DNA of 60,962 nucleotides from a virus (IMGVR_UViG_3300023184_000132:1-60962); one strand, 5' to 3'. Shown: positions 30,801 to 38,962, numbered from the stretch's first letter. A program made the numbers and translations. The notes: generated from the letters alone by a model not told the origin.

Positions 30801-31311
30801 CGTTTCTTTGAATTACGGTTCTACCCACAGAGTCGTAAATTGTTTTTCCTGTGTTGTTGCCTACTTTAATAGATCTGCGAACTACCCATTTTCCGTCAGA
30901 CAACTTTAGAATGTCGTTTTTAGGATAGTAAAATTCCACAGAAGTGTCGTATAGAATTCTGAAAAGAAAGTCATAGGTTTTCTCTGTACCTTTTGCTCGG
31001 TAGAAACCTTTGATGTTTTTCATTAATTTAATTGCGTCTACAGGTTTTTTTGTTACATCCGATACTGCCATAGTTTCAGGAAAACCAAACAAATATTCAT
31101 TTTTAAAATTAGCAATAAACTCGTCAAGAGTTCTGTCAATATCTACAACATTTCCTAGTTTTTGCGGAGATCGCAAATAAGTATTGTCTGCATCCAACCA
31201 CTCGTAATAAGATGTAAGGAATGCAACAAGGGTAGGATGATCCACCCTAACAAATTCGGGTAACTGTCCTGCTATAAATGTAGAGATTGGGTTTGAGTTG
31301 TTGTTAGTCAT
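21811..31311 (-). CDS. gp7: Giant gp7-like baseplate wedge initiator (3166 aa) with accessory barrel-like domains and Cys-rich repeats
   Basis: QLPEFVR.DHP..V.FL..YYEW, KNIK.FY.AKGTEK...FLFRILY, YYPK..ILK.SDGKW, QDNHFYQNYSYVI, L.PAG..FFG. Lies between gp6 and gp8. Confidence 0.85.
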   Translation of the reverse strand: MTNNNSNPISTFIAGQLPEFVRVDHPTLVAFLTSYYEWLDADNTYLRSPQKLGNVVDIDRTLDEFIANFKNEYLFGFPETMAVSDVTKKPVDAIKLMKNIKGFYRAKGTEKTYDFLFRILYDTSVEFYYPKNDILKLSDGKWVVRRSIKVGNNTGKTIYDSVGRTVIQRNDDGGILASARVLDVSTYRVGTNDISELFLGGVNGEFVSGNYGIEFADADGVVRKENRVFSVLGKITINDAGTGYKTGDRIIFTPAAGDTGVRAAGRVGEVDTNGKIRKFIIDNFGVNYKIAPTITVSSESGTGFTGSVSVGGVSEYAGYYANNDGRLSTNKVMQDNHFYQNYSYVILSEVTIDRYRDILKRLLNPAGLAFFGKVQIKRCAVADLQQSTSLFEYDVPIIGHYTPYTFITNDDLSPWFSDPYTGLLAGYDPTQHNKTIQNDLDENGTIDSGDISLSLLNGTTAEEYYKSIGNPVTFSREFMNPLVALKTAGFQNADPFWIIYQHPNRRIRGPVVARIPYDLKTEFLTDLGGRNQIGMTVTGQSTGTTGYWMEWTEASTANREEWSGGFTSGERYVMLNYNPLKDYTQSYYQPQTVSFAPNKSSLVQPGKLLPIFYYDNVFTYAGQKNFEKLSSDNSNESQLLSTNPSNAGKAVNFDIPAQYEFSADGKNVIGILPPSQATIQTGGLSDTTKNYLSQDPNKLLTTPAVVPPPLSYNHFAYWDSATSSHYLTYRSVTGGYGLPCNNCKETGHLGISGLTATTKEAVSKMVRSLRGEIRPDWNGISGGGWDNLNPFPADYTGLISMNTESWDALFSESEGIADPDNPNSVGNFIRDKILIPMFVGGVSPDGTTFGGLQENFPNAIFANYGHPGVAPRNIQNYYGYPGFRGRGEFARGSIGETLTLPSGLTYTSYAPSATCPTCVWDGRIVLHSLDPNRVVGQASVEARRNLYSTVYPNQAVENTEFSKKLHKEKWYPFCKAVSGWQPSFYTATRDLVFEKFIASQTISMLSSWKSQIFQEQSDAGIEPTKKYILPFISNKAFTQGTGDGGYARGLTYGAYITSVQDLSYYTPNQFVDLYIAPSLSGQSKGAVDGFYMWTGEQTYACQFGLGISIENPQTVEVMDANGNVIDWKKNPFTLGHGYEPYWDWNTAFGRPGAPTGGSHIVGKNGTARVSWRIAGGQFNDGDPWQGGDISPTWPTSSSPLPLETSSLMYHCRKNLVAYQAFLDGVTGQYAAQYNYLEPHKYSYLSSTFPTWFVPDTDNPAVKVLDWSRLREWNFRVKKTSNDGRWTIPMGMVPGTTFAFNHRDTRPADDKRPTNPVRKRAGVGVTGAIISNPLFNSLTGSSTVFSYSDGNSYKDKGWNTADRIGYVKAVRSVPNKPNEVEIAVEPYFFVGGPIFGQYEGADSSMWFSSTTVNYDGIPPYENRDRDLMMMDGITHGMTSGNAPYPTSMGVPNPVGTFAELAKISANTDPSPTNQRPKWGHIFTPGDIISFGAVGATFELVTYGQASGNFQRTTAAEVDHVWSMIDNMGASQWSAALTYWNGLYNTGLDGDFSIQFNAIENAWNVYGPGNRNIINGWKPKTTPTSCSSAEIAPSISVAQNDADNSLEISYAYNNTCTTEKYMAWPDLPPMDLGESVSYFDTRINAGSFGSGVGAFIDLDKNSRLFSSNYPSQLYSPIHLAKTKFSGECCVDNNFAVSVALTEYSPSDDNHEISLVAFPPQDAPSVILAQQGNAFYKAYQDRFSFQIATWNESQITQNGQAKLAAGQSKTYKVIIKFAKIPPVAGFQANLIGMGSIGIGTDSAAVIETLTPYKEFLDRRYPPQTYIPDYRPVRGIPLALEHLIEPSPTASNYNPYGWDKNSVNYTLVGGYPNTIGYTGVAAYIKDQLENKGWDRAMIWTPSGLSYKIGANYPPRSVTHWTEPNRVYTSPTGVTSSITNNMDNAETIMKTMVDALDDTKQVGFWLGNSIYSNIEFDNSNLYPMGSTGFDVTILQNNLSIVDNITNNTRGISKGIAGLDAWNKFSAVSPSTVDNYSLITTVSHPSIKYVTEGRACDYLHRMNPTYIDFYSPSGITQVDSSFGLANYFTPDHETWIGMNFSNSIDLVVRGSSGCAHEIKMARGPIIKSVIDMGLIPVVFEPIEQDYIYGGTLTETGNCSCTGCACCQNGCYTVQGIYDCQGCSGCFGCTGCGVTGATCSGALCCGLLANGTQCFNTFYGIYDCAGCSGYGGCTGCEVTPTDPCESCSYGVPCVNVWTGQLDCQGCSGCYGCTGCGQTAGATGCALCSSTNLGYTVQGIYDCKGCSGCHGFTGCSRGATGATGCNLCRADLPCYTLAGIYDCAGCSGCFGCDGCTTIAPCVGCQCCMTGGYNRVTGLKDCIGCSGCFGFTGCGMTGTTGSTGCSGSGGTACCGTTGNGTLCFNIVTGMYDCLGCSGFNGCTGCGMTASLTGCALCSPTNPCFTVNGIYDCKGCSGCHGCIGCSVTGPTSCTGCGCCSSSTTGACFNIVTGFYDCVGCSGCASCTGCGRTASVPCQKCMTGGYNRVTGLKDCIGCSGCFGFTGCGVTAPATGCARCSQIDPCYTTNIPSAYDCVGCSGCWQCTGCSVIEPSCTGANCCGITANGTQCWNTFIGIYDCKGCSGYGGCTGCGITGVSAGPTGCAVCSTWLDLPCYNTVTGIYDCKGCSGCAGCTGCGITGATGCTGCGCCSEIYDCFNITGGYDCVGCSGCYNCGGCDQRYSLCSQCTTGDCGITSSANHQFCVDCGCSNIYSNCNQCTQLDCDDVSSVNNQFCKTCGCVSEVVDCAECLRLNCNGILCRTQCPDCYGGGGDGKYTNCNECLQGDCDFDTSINHDFCLGCGCQQRYTLCNQCTQNECNDQFNINHEFCYECGCTSTQDCNACVAGGCVGDGCDLCVNCNTQEPYQNCSQCVPADCVYAYRLNHTYCKETCGCNANGGTGGETGGISEFLNIGKEIAYSDFRKVTIRSFLTMPVGPEFDCKNSDVQPPPVPQVKATTINGVYVDRADWSTDSNNIVGSLPNNKSIYIDVTGVISETGSSAGLSTMLYLSYYAAISMWADLFIVDSTGKEYQMASVGPMATSANTVKITFPFINPQHPLSEPGAVSLGRGVFGGSFAYQGIQIPNNNCIYRLKIYFRNTSNAVIAGSTTIKEFNYQLI
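22486..23121 (-). repeat. Cys-rich type B/C array: Y-x-x-C-x-x-C-x4-C-x7-N-H-x-F-C-x-x-CGC (5 copies) interleaved with a shorter DCxxC unit (2 copies)
   Basis: Order B-B-C-B-B-C-B read directly from the translation. Confidence 0.88.
23131..24860 (-). repeat. Cys-rich type A array: 14 units with core (Y)DC-x-GCSG-C-x-G-C-TGC
   Basis: Counted 14 DCxGCSG cores in the translation; includes an exact 68-bp duplication (23654-23721 and 24167-24234). Confidence 0.92.
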
Positions 31312-31320
31312 TGCTCATAT

Positions 31321-33234
31321 TTAATACGGAAACGGTGTTCCCGATTGCTGATTAATTGTTGGGATGCCGTCTTGTTCCACCGCAAAATTTGATCTATCAT
31401 AATCGACAACAATGATTTGATTTCTTAAAGATTGGATGTCACTTTTTTGGGGTTGCACTGTTATTTTTATTTCTGATGCGGTTTTTGGTTGAATGTATTG
31501 CGGATTAAAGTTATTTAGGGTCAAAATTCCCTTCTCATAATTTATCTTGCCTATTTTACTGTTAATGTAAATTTTAGCAGTTCCTTCAATTTTATAAATT
31601 CTAATATTTCCGTAACCATCATCGTCCAAATAAGAATCCACTACTGGTTTGACTAGAGCAGTGCTTGTGGCATCCTGATAACCAAAAGCAGTAGAAGTCA
31701 ATATTGGAGTGTATCCTTGAATCGGGTGCAGTAATGGGTTGCCAAACTTAATTGTGTAAGGAGACGGTTTGTTAAGAAAGGGTTCTATTCGTTTTTGAAG
31801 TTGAACACTTAAATTTGTTCCTGATATAGATTTGTTTGACGCGTCTATGGCAGCAGACAATTTTGATGTTTTAAAATTTCTTCCAAATTTATCTAGATTT
31901 GCGGCTTCAAATTCCTTGACAGTTAAACTCACCTGTACCGATAAACCGTCTGGACTAAGGTTGGTTTTTGTGGGATCGTATGAAGATACTGCACTCATTT
32001 CCAAATACACATAATCAGGATCTGTTATTTCTGGTTTAATGGTGACAAGATTTCTTTTACCAAGAATACTTTTCTCAATAGCCATTTTTTCTAAAATACC
32101 AATTTTTGATCCATTTTTTGGTTTAATTGAAATATAAACTTTTCCGTAAGCAGGAGGATCAGATTCTTCTCCACCCCAAACAAAAAACGAATCAATAGTG
32201 TCACTAAATTCTCTAACCAATATGGTTTTATAGTCTTCTACAGTTACTGCTCGTTCTTGTGCTTGATAGTTGCGTGGTGCGTAGTATTTGATGGATTCGA
32301 TAGATTCTGCTTGTGTTCCACCAAAAGAGTAGGTGGAAATTCCTGTTGGATCTAGAATCGTATTAGTTTCTGCATAAGGAGCAAGAATACCCCCAACATA
32401 GGTAAAATTCTTACAGTTGTTTGCAATTTCTCCGTTAGTAAGCAAATATTCTACTGATATAACATTATTATTTTCTAGTGCCTTACCTACAATTCCGTCT
32501 CCAAAGTAGATTTCAAAATTTTGATTTTCTGATTCTTGTAGAAAATACACCAACGAATCGCCGTTTAGACCATTAACATCTGTTGCTTTGTTCCATATGT
32601 TTATCATTCCAGAAGTGTCGGTGACCGATTTACGAACACGAACTCGGATAGTATCAACATCAATATTGTTGCTAGGTAGTATAAATTTTTGAGCAGGGTC
32701 AAAGGAATTTACTACAAAAGTATAGGATTTCAAAGTTCCTTCGTAACATTTAACATTCCTTGCAACAAAACTACCAGAAACAGATTCTACTTTATAGTCG
32801 TCTAGAGATATAAAATTATAAAATTGGTTTCCTGGCAAGGATGCTCTAAAGGTATCTCCTCTATTAATAAATGCATTTCCTTTTCTTACACGACCTTCTA
32901 TAGTTTCGCCTGTGTTTGTTGTTACATTGTTAAAAGAAACATCTAGAAAAATTTTAGAAGATTTGGTGGATCTAGGTGTGTATCCAAGTTGTTTGGCAAT
33001 AGAAACCGCACTAGCTCGCAACACAGAAGAGTCTAAGAATGCTTCGTTTGCCACCATGTTTGCGTAAAACGCCTGATAATGCGTGTTATATGCAAGCAAG
33101 TCCATAATGATATTAATTCCTGAACCCTCAAAATCAAAATCTTTAAATTGAGTTTGTGATCGTAAATAATTCTTTAGATTTGTTTTGATTGCATCAAAGT
33201 CCAAACCATCTATTCTAAGATTTGTGTTACTCAT
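31321..33234 (-). CDS. gp6: Baseplate wedge subunit gp6
   Basis: LDFDAIKTNLKNYLRSQ..FKDFDFEGS, LAYNTHY, NE.FLDS, IYFGDGI.GK, QERAVT.EDY, WGGEE.DPP.YGKVYI. Confidence 0.95.
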   Translation of the reverse strand: MSNTNLRIDGLDFDAIKTNLKNYLRSQTQFKDFDFEGSGINIIMDLLAYNTHYQAFYANMVANEAFLDSSVLRASAVSIAKQLGYTPRSTKSSKIFLDVSFNNVTTNTGETIEGRVRKGNAFINRGDTFRASLPGNQFYNFISLDDYKVESVSGSFVARNVKCYEGTLKSYTFVVNSFDPAQKFILPSNNIDVDTIRVRVRKSVTDTSGMINIWNKATDVNGLNGDSLVYFLQESENQNFEIYFGDGIVGKALENNNVISVEYLLTNGEIANNCKNFTYVGGILAPYAETNTILDPTGISTYSFGGTQAESIESIKYYAPRNYQAQERAVTVEDYKTILVREFSDTIDSFFVWGGEESDPPAYGKVYISIKPKNGSKIGILEKMAIEKSILGKRNLVTIKPEITDPDYVYLEMSAVSSYDPTKTNLSPDGLSVQVSLTVKEFEAANLDKFGRNFKTSKLSAAIDASNKSISGTNLSVQLQKRIEPFLNKPSPYTIKFGNPLLHPIQGYTPILTSTAFGYQDATSTALVKPVVDSYLDDDGYGNIRIYKIEGTAKIYINSKIGKINYEKGILTLNNFNPQYIQPKTASEIKITVQPQKSDIQSLRNQIIVVDYDRSNFAVEQDGIPTINQQSGTPFPY

Positions 33235-33620
33235 CGTGTCCTCTCTAAAAGTATATTAGTCTCTAAAATTGTTGGTCTGTTTGTTATAGTGAATTTTATA
33301 TTTACCACAACTGCATTGTTGTCATAGTTTGTAGAAAATTTCACCATTAAATCGTTTACTCTTGGTTCGTATCTTCGTATGAGTTCTTCAACATGACTCT
33401 GCAGGACTCCGTATACAATGGGACTTGGATTCTCAAACAGCAAATCTTGAATACCCGAAGTTATTTCAGGATGGAATGGTTTTTCGTATCTTCGTATAAG
33501 AATAAGATTACGGAGAGCTCTTTTTACTGCTTCTTCGTTTATTTTTATAAGAACATCTCCGTCCACATAATTGGGAAGAAAGTCCAAATCTAAATCTGTA
33601 AAATAATTTTTACTTGCCAC
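33231..33620 (-). CDS. gp25: Baseplate wedge subunit gp25
   Basis: DLDLDF, AVKRALRNLI....EKPFHP...G...LLFEN, YEPRV, LERTR terminus; GTG start. Confidence 0.92.
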   Translation of the reverse strand: MASKNYFTDLDLDFLPNYVDGDVLIKINEEAVKRALRNLILIRRYEKPFHPEITSGIQDLLFENPSPIVYGVLQSHVEELIRRYEPRVNDLMVKFSTNYDNNAVVVNIKFTITNRPTILETNILLERTR

Positions 33621-33623
33621 AGG

Positions 33624-34277
33624 TTATCCCTTTTTTGTTATTTCTAGTTCTATAAACGAAGAATATTGCTCCATTAAGCGGAGACAGTCTTCTGGATCGT
33701 CTGGAAGTGTGTTCTTGTCATTCCAATCTACCTTTACAAATCCAATATACAGATCATTTTTTTTAATAGGCAGTAGTGCAAATGCTTGGATGTTTTTTGA
33801 TTCGTTATAAGTTTTTAGAACAGTTTCGTTGGGTAAGGATTGTGTAAATCTTATTTTAGGATTATCTTCTTTTAATATTTCTATCATGTCCCAAAATAAA
33901 GTAGCAAGAATTCCTTGCATAGAATGAAACTCCATAGACACGCCAGGACTACAGGATTCGTGAGATATACTAAATCTCTTCATTGCAGATCCTTCTAAAA
34001 ATTTACCACCATTGTGAAATTGTCCTATTTGCGCTCTGTCGGAATTGGTGTGAAATCTTAAAGAGGTTAACATTTCGTGTATATGGTTGTGTTTTCCTTC
34101 TGCAGGAGATTTAATATCAATAACTTCTTCTTGTGGTTGTCTTCGATCTTTCACAGATTTTGTCCACAGAGCATACTTATTTTTTACATAAGAAACTCCA
34201 ACAAAAATTCCACCGATTACCGCAGCAGCAGACACTCCGATATTCATCCAAAATTCTATATTTGTGTTAGGTATCAT
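33624..34277 (-). CDS. Single-TM membrane protein with a GAF-like C-terminal domain (holin T-like candidate)
   Basis: AGGAG RBS before ATG 34277; hydrophobic IGVSAAAVIGGIFVGVSYV; DRAQIGQFHNG...ALLPIKKNDLYIGFVKVDW is GAF-like. Confidence 0.55.
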   Translation of the reverse strand: MIPNTNIEFWMNIGVSAAAVIGGIFVGVSYVKNKYALWTKSVKDRRQPQEEVIDIKSPAEGKHNHIHEMLTSLRFHTNSDRAQIGQFHNGGKFLEGSAMKRFSISHESCSPGVSMEFHSMQGILATLFWDMIEILKEDNPKIRFTQSLPNETVLKTYNESKNIQAFALLPIKKNDLYIGFVKVDWNDKNTLPDDPEDCLRLMEQYSSFIELEITKKG

Positions 34278-34287
34278 AAAACTCCTG

Positions 34288-34590
34288 TTAACCTCCACCA
34301 CAATAAACATTGTTACTGCCTGTTGCTATAGCAGATCCGCACCCTACAGGATCACCAATTCTCATTGCTTCACGACTGTTTATGTACACCTGAGAAGATC
34401 CTTTTACACTTATAGATATGTGGACAGGATGGTGGTCGTCACACCCTCTTGCATGCGGTCCGAGACCATCGTACTGACGGTGTGATCCTTTGCTGTTCAC
34501 AAAAACATTAGACGACCACGCAACCACCTGACGAGGTGGATGGCAATCGTGTCCGCTGCAAATATCTCCGTGAGTGCTAATTCCTGGCAT
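34288..34590 (-). CDS. PAAR-family spike tip protein (gp5.4-like)
   Basis: GDICSGH, S.NVFVN, GSSQVYIN..EAMRIGDPVGCGS.IATGS.NV with His/Cys metal ligands; downstream of gp5. Confidence 0.9.
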   Translation of the reverse strand: MPGISTHGDICSGHDCHPPRQVVAWSSNVFVNSKGSHRQYDGLGPHARGCDDHHPVHISISVKGSSQVYINSREAMRIGDPVGCGSAIATGSNNVYCGGG

Positions 34591-34591
34591 G

Positions 34592-35584
34592 TTAGTCGAA
34601 GTATCCTCTTTCTTTCATTTTTAATAAATATTCTGCGTTAGACACTGGTTTTTCGTCAATAAAAAACTTATTATTGATATTTAGGATCAATCTGTCTCTG
34701 TCTGATGACCAGTTATTGCTGATCCTCATTGAGAACTCTTTGTCGGTAAATACTCTTGGATCTTTTGCGTTAAATGCTCGTATTACAAATTTTGCGGTGT
34801 TGTTTGCAGGTAATCCGTTTGCAAAGGCGGATGCCGATCCAACCGTGGCATAATTTTTTTCATTTATACGATAATCCTCTGGTAATTTCCAGCGTTTCAT
34901 AAAGTAGTCTTTACTGCTGTTGTCGCCAGGAGAGTCTGGCAAATCCATTTCCGAGATCACACCGTAAGCAACTCCTGTGTCCATATCTAAGATTAGGTCT
35001 GGGGGAAACTCTCCTCCAACAACCATGTACTGTATATCGCAACACTCGTTGCAAATATACCGTATTTCGTACACAGAAGAATAGATTCCTGTTACGGTGG
35101 TGGACGGTGGGCCTGGTGACGGATACGCGTGGAATCTGATTCTGCTTTCAGTTTTATTAATTCGTTGCGACTCTGTGAATGCGCCTAAATTGGTGTTTAC
35201 ATCAATTTGTGGGGTGCTGCTTACCCCTCCCTGCCCTCCAAATAAGATTAGGCAGTTTGATCCTGAATAGTCTCCTGAACCTGTTACAAGTTCACCAGCA
35301 GCACCTCCAGACGCACCGTAAGTGGTGTAGCCAGTTACTCCTACTGCATGACATCCTACACCTTCTGCTATTTTAATACCGTTTATGTTATAGGGCCCGT
35401 TAGGATAATAAAATTCAGGTGGACGCATTCCGTTATGTCGGTATTTGCCTAACCATCCTCCCCATTCAACCGAACCAGTATTTCCATAGGTTTCTGATCC
35501 GTCTCCAATGGTACACTCTGCTGCTTTTCCGTAAATTGTTCCGTATGGACTAGCAGAAAATGAAGTAGAACTTCTAAAACGCAT
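34592..35584 (-). CDS. Hypothetical baseplate protein (gp5.1 position) with an Ig-like segment
   Basis: Between gp5 and PAAR; GEFPPDLILDMDTG..YG resembles putative-Ig repeats; C-terminal NNWSS. Confidence 0.5.
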   Translation of the reverse strand: MRFRSSTSFSASPYGTIYGKAAECTIGDGSETYGNTGSVEWGGWLGKYRHNGMRPPEFYYPNGPYNINGIKIAEGVGCHAVGVTGYTTYGASGGAAGELVTGSGDYSGSNCLILFGGQGGVSSTPQIDVNTNLGAFTESQRINKTESRIRFHAYPSPGPPSTTVTGIYSSVYEIRYICNECCDIQYMVVGGEFPPDLILDMDTGVAYGVISEMDLPDSPGDNSSKDYFMKRWKLPEDYRINEKNYATVGSASAFANGLPANNTAKFVIRAFNAKDPRVFTDKEFSMRISNNWSSDRDRLILNINNKFFIDEKPVSNAEYLLKMKERGYFD

Positions 35585-37614
35585 TAGAAGACTCCACCGT
35601 CTACTTCGGTTACCGCATCAGGTTTCATTGACGGGAATTCTGTTTCAAAAGCAATAATAGGAATTGCAGGAATACCTTTTGTTGCACTAGCAGTATCTGA
35701 CCTGCCAGGATATCCATTGATAACAGTTGCTTTACCGCCAGGAACTGCATAAAGACTTTCAGTTGGTATTGCAGGAGCTCCAATACTTATTAGATTTGTG
35801 TCTGCTATGGATTGTCCTGCTATACCTGCCGCGACAGGAGGCAAAGGAGTTGCACTAAGATTGGTTGTGCTTTGTGGTGTACCTGATGCGTATGAAGACG
35901 GAGAAGGAACTGTTAGTATTCCGACATTTGCTCCTTGCTGTACCGATTGTAGTGCTGCTGCAGGATTAACAAACGCCAATACTCCTGCAAATGCTCCTCC
36001 CACCACAGTTCCCACCGATCCTAACGCACCACTCAACAAAGCACCACTACCTACCGAAGAAATGGTTTCTAAACTTAGACCAGTTGGAACAGGACCGACA
36101 CTACCTGAAGGAATATTTAAACTGTTGGCAATACCACTTGCTTCGCTGCGAACGCTAGTTTCAAACCCTCCAACTTCCTGACCCAAAACTGGAAATCCTT
36201 CGTTTGTTCCTTTAACTGCTCCAGGCGACACAATTTGATTTAGATTGCTGTTTAGATTGGTTTGTGCCGTATTTGCAGCATTTAGTGTAGCCGTGTCCAC
36301 ATTTGTTGCGGTTTCTAGATCCGACATCTCTTTTAATTGCTGTGCAATGCTGGCTCCAACATTACTCTGTATTTCCTCAATAGGCAATAAGTTTGCTGCA
36401 TCCACAGACACCAAATCTGCTGCACCAGAAGGTAATCCTGCAGAAACCAATGCTGTGGATACTCCTGTTTCTACTGCTACTTTTTGTAACTCTTGCCACT
36501 TTGGTGGTGTGCTTAGTGCAGAGGACACCGCAGAAGCAAATGCACCTGCTTGTAGTCCTCCTGTATCGGGACACAAACCTTTCATATAATCCGTACTTAT
36601 AACTTTGCCCTTTATAATTTCTTGATTTATAGGGCTTCCTGTAGCAATTCCTGCTTTTCCCAATAGGGGTGCAGGATTTTTTCCTGACGATAAATCGGGA
36701 GTAGACGCTTGAGCAACAGCAACGCCTTGAGGATTGAAATCTATTCGAGGAGCAACAAACGCCATATTTCCGTCACTGGCAACAGTGTAAGTTCCGTGAA
36801 CTCGGTGTTCAAAATTTTTACCAGTTTCCATAACCACATTACCCCTAGCCAACATACGAACATCTCCACCTACTTCAATGTAAAAATCTTTTCCTGCTTT
36901 CAAGGTGGTAATAGCACCTTCCATATTCATAAAGCAGTTTCCTTTTACAAATAGTTTTTTGTCAGATAGAGATATTTCAAAATCGTCTCCCTTTGTTTTT
37001 TGAACACGAGATCCGTCTGGATGTATTTCTATCCAAGTTCCTGCTTTGTGGTATATTCCTATTCTTTCGGCACTTGGGGTGTCGTCCAATTCAATAATAT
37101 GTCCTGATTCTGTTTCTAGAACATGATTTTTTGGGTACTGTGCTGCATACGCTGTTTCTTTTTCATCCCAAACTATTCCTGGATGTAATGCAGTCTGTAC
37201 TCCTTTTAGTCTTTCCTTTTTTTTACTTTGAACTATTGTTTTTTCAATGCTTTGATTACGAGCAAGTCGATTGACATCAGGCTCTTTTGTGTCTTCTGGA
37301 ATACCAGCAAACGACCCCATAATAACAGGATCTTGACAATTTACTCCGTCTCGGAAAAATCCAATTACCCACGATCCTGTAAGCAGACCTGTTGGTGAAA
37401 TTCCTTTACCGTGGGATGCTGCACTGTTTATTGGTTGTAGTAGAGTTGCCCAAGGAAGATTTTCTGTGGGAAGTAGTTGTTTGTCAAAATTGTGGTATTC
37501 AAAGCACCGAACACGAACTCTTCCCATCTTTAAAGGATCGTGTACATCTTCCACTATTCCGTGAAACCACACAAAACCATTCTTTCCCATTTGATCATGA
37601 ATATTATCACCCAT
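35584..37614 (-). CDS. gp5: Baseplate hub/central spike gp5, with no lysozyme domain and a long C-terminal extension
   Basis: WFHGIVEDVHDPLKMGRVRVRC, LPWA, GSWVIGFFRDG...Q.PVIMG (OB fold), YPKNHV.ETESGH..ELDDTP..ERI..YH..GT, beta-helix to RIDFN; GGAG RBS before ATG 37614. Confidence 0.92.
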   Translation of the reverse strand: MGDNIHDQMGKNGFVWFHGIVEDVHDPLKMGRVRVRCFEYHNFDKQLLPTENLPWATLLQPINSAASHGKGISPTGLLTGSWVIGFFRDGVNCQDPVIMGSFAGIPEDTKEPDVNRLARNQSIEKTIVQSKKKERLKGVQTALHPGIVWDEKETAYAAQYPKNHVLETESGHIIELDDTPSAERIGIYHKAGTWIEIHPDGSRVQKTKGDDFEISLSDKKLFVKGNCFMNMEGAITTLKAGKDFYIEVGGDVRMLARGNVVMETGKNFEHRVHGTYTVASDGNMAFVAPRIDFNPQGVAVAQASTPDLSSGKNPAPLLGKAGIATGSPINQEIIKGKVISTDYMKGLCPDTGGLQAGAFASAVSSALSTPPKWQELQKVAVETGVSTALVSAGLPSGAADLVSVDAANLLPIEEIQSNVGASIAQQLKEMSDLETATNVDTATLNAANTAQTNLNSNLNQIVSPGAVKGTNEGFPVLGQEVGGFETSVRSEASGIANSLNIPSGSVGPVPTGLSLETISSVGSGALLSGALGSVGTVVGGAFAGVLAFVNPAAALQSVQQGANVGILTVPSPSSYASGTPQSTTNLSATPLPPVAAGIAGQSIADTNLISIGAPAIPTESLYAVPGGKATVINGYPGRSDTASATKGIPAIPIIAFETEFPSMKPDAVTEVDGGVF

Positions 37615-38962
37615 TGGTTTTCTCCGTGATAGGAGACCCATAAGAGTCTTTTGTAACAGTCAATATAAGATCATAATCTTGGTGAAAAAATGAGTGATTT
37701 ATTTTGGTTATCATGTAAAGACCCGACAAGTATCTGTCCATTCCAAAATCTTCGTTTTGCTGTGCTTTTTTACTAATGTCTTCAGGAGAGGTTATTTTTA
37801 ATTCAACAATATCTCCTACTCGTCTACGAGAATCTCCTGGAACTTTTAATTGAAGAGTTATACAATTCATTTGATTCATGGAACTTTGACGAAGCAGTGC
37901 GTATTTTTCGTGCTCTTCGTTGTCGGGTATACCAGAAAATCTGTTTGAATTTTTCGGCAGAATTTTTTTATACGCTAAAGGATTTCCGTAAAGGTGTGTG
38001 TTTGGAGAAACAAGAGGATGCTTGTTGATGTGTTGACTAGAGGAAAATTCTTTATAATAATCAAATATAGAACCTTCCATTTTTTTGTTGTGTATATCAA
38101 AGGTATTCAGTATTGATCCGTAAACTCCTGTAGCAACATCCTGCATTTTATCGTTAGAAGAAATCACTGTTAGTTCTGTAATATTATCAAACATTGTTTT
38201 GTCGCGTTGTTTGTCTGTGGGTATTTGCCGATAAGTTGCAGTTTTGGGTAGGCCTTTAAAATAAGATAGAGGAGCAAATACATAAGTTCCATTCAAATGT
38301 TGAAAGAACAGGTAATCTGCACATTTATTTTCTTTTATTGAGGAAAAAGATTTATTTGCCAACCAATTGATTGCGTAAAACGGAGACCACCACGGAAACA
38401 CCACGCTTTTATTTGTTCCTTCAGACGGAACTGGAACCCAAAATTTTACTGTTTTGTTAAGATAATTTTTATCGTTTTGCTTTGCTTTCCATATGTGCTG
38501 ATCAAATATTTGACTTGCCATATCCGAATATGATTTTTGCTTATACGCAGTTGAGAATTTTGTAGTGGTGTTAAAAAAGAATTCTTCTGAGACAAATTCT
38601 ATGGTTGTTATTTTTGCTTTATCGGATGCTTCTGTGCTGTGTGATTTGTAGACTCTAAAAACCAATTCTATTTTGTTTTGTTGCTGATTTTCTTGTCCAG
38701 GAGTATAAAAAGTTATCCGAATAGACTCGTTGCCCATTATAATATAATGATTTTTCAACGCCAGTGCGTCTCCAAATACTATCGATCCAGATAGACTATT
38801 TGAAAAAATATCTTCGTAAACTTCTACTGAATAAATAAAGTCTTTTAAACTAATTTCTTCTGGTTTTCCTGCTGCTGCAGAAGGAATCAAAAGATTTACA
38901 GATTCAATAACAATATCGCCTGGACGATTTAGCAAATTAGGATCAGTAGTTGGCGCGTCCAT
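37607..38962 (-). CDS. Baseplate hub protein (gp27-like)
   Basis: VYEDIFSNSLSGSI...D, GNE.I.I.F.TP, P.WSPF.AINWLA, YLFFQ, VPGD....VGD.V, YLSG.Y.IT.I.H; lies between gp53 and gp5. Confidence 0.8.
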   Translation of the reverse strand: MDAPTTDPNLLNRPGDIVIESVNLLIPSAAAGKPEEISLKDFIYSVEVYEDIFSNSLSGSIVFGDALALKNHYIIMGNESIRITFYTPGQENQQQNKIELVFRVYKSHSTEASDKAKITTIEFVSEEFFFNTTTKFSTAYKQKSYSDMASQIFDQHIWKAKQNDKNYLNKTVKFWVPVPSEGTNKSVVFPWWSPFYAINWLANKSFSSIKENKCADYLFFQHLNGTYVFAPLSYFKGLPKTATYRQIPTDKQRDKTMFDNITELTVISSNDKMQDVATGVYGSILNTFDIHNKKMEGSIFDYYKEFSSSQHINKHPLVSPNTHLYGNPLAYKKILPKNSNRFSGIPDNEEHEKYALLRQSSMNQMNCITLQLKVPGDSRRRVGDIVELKITSPEDISKKAQQNEDFGMDRYLSGLYMITKINHSFFHQDYDLILTVTKDSYGSPITEKTNG

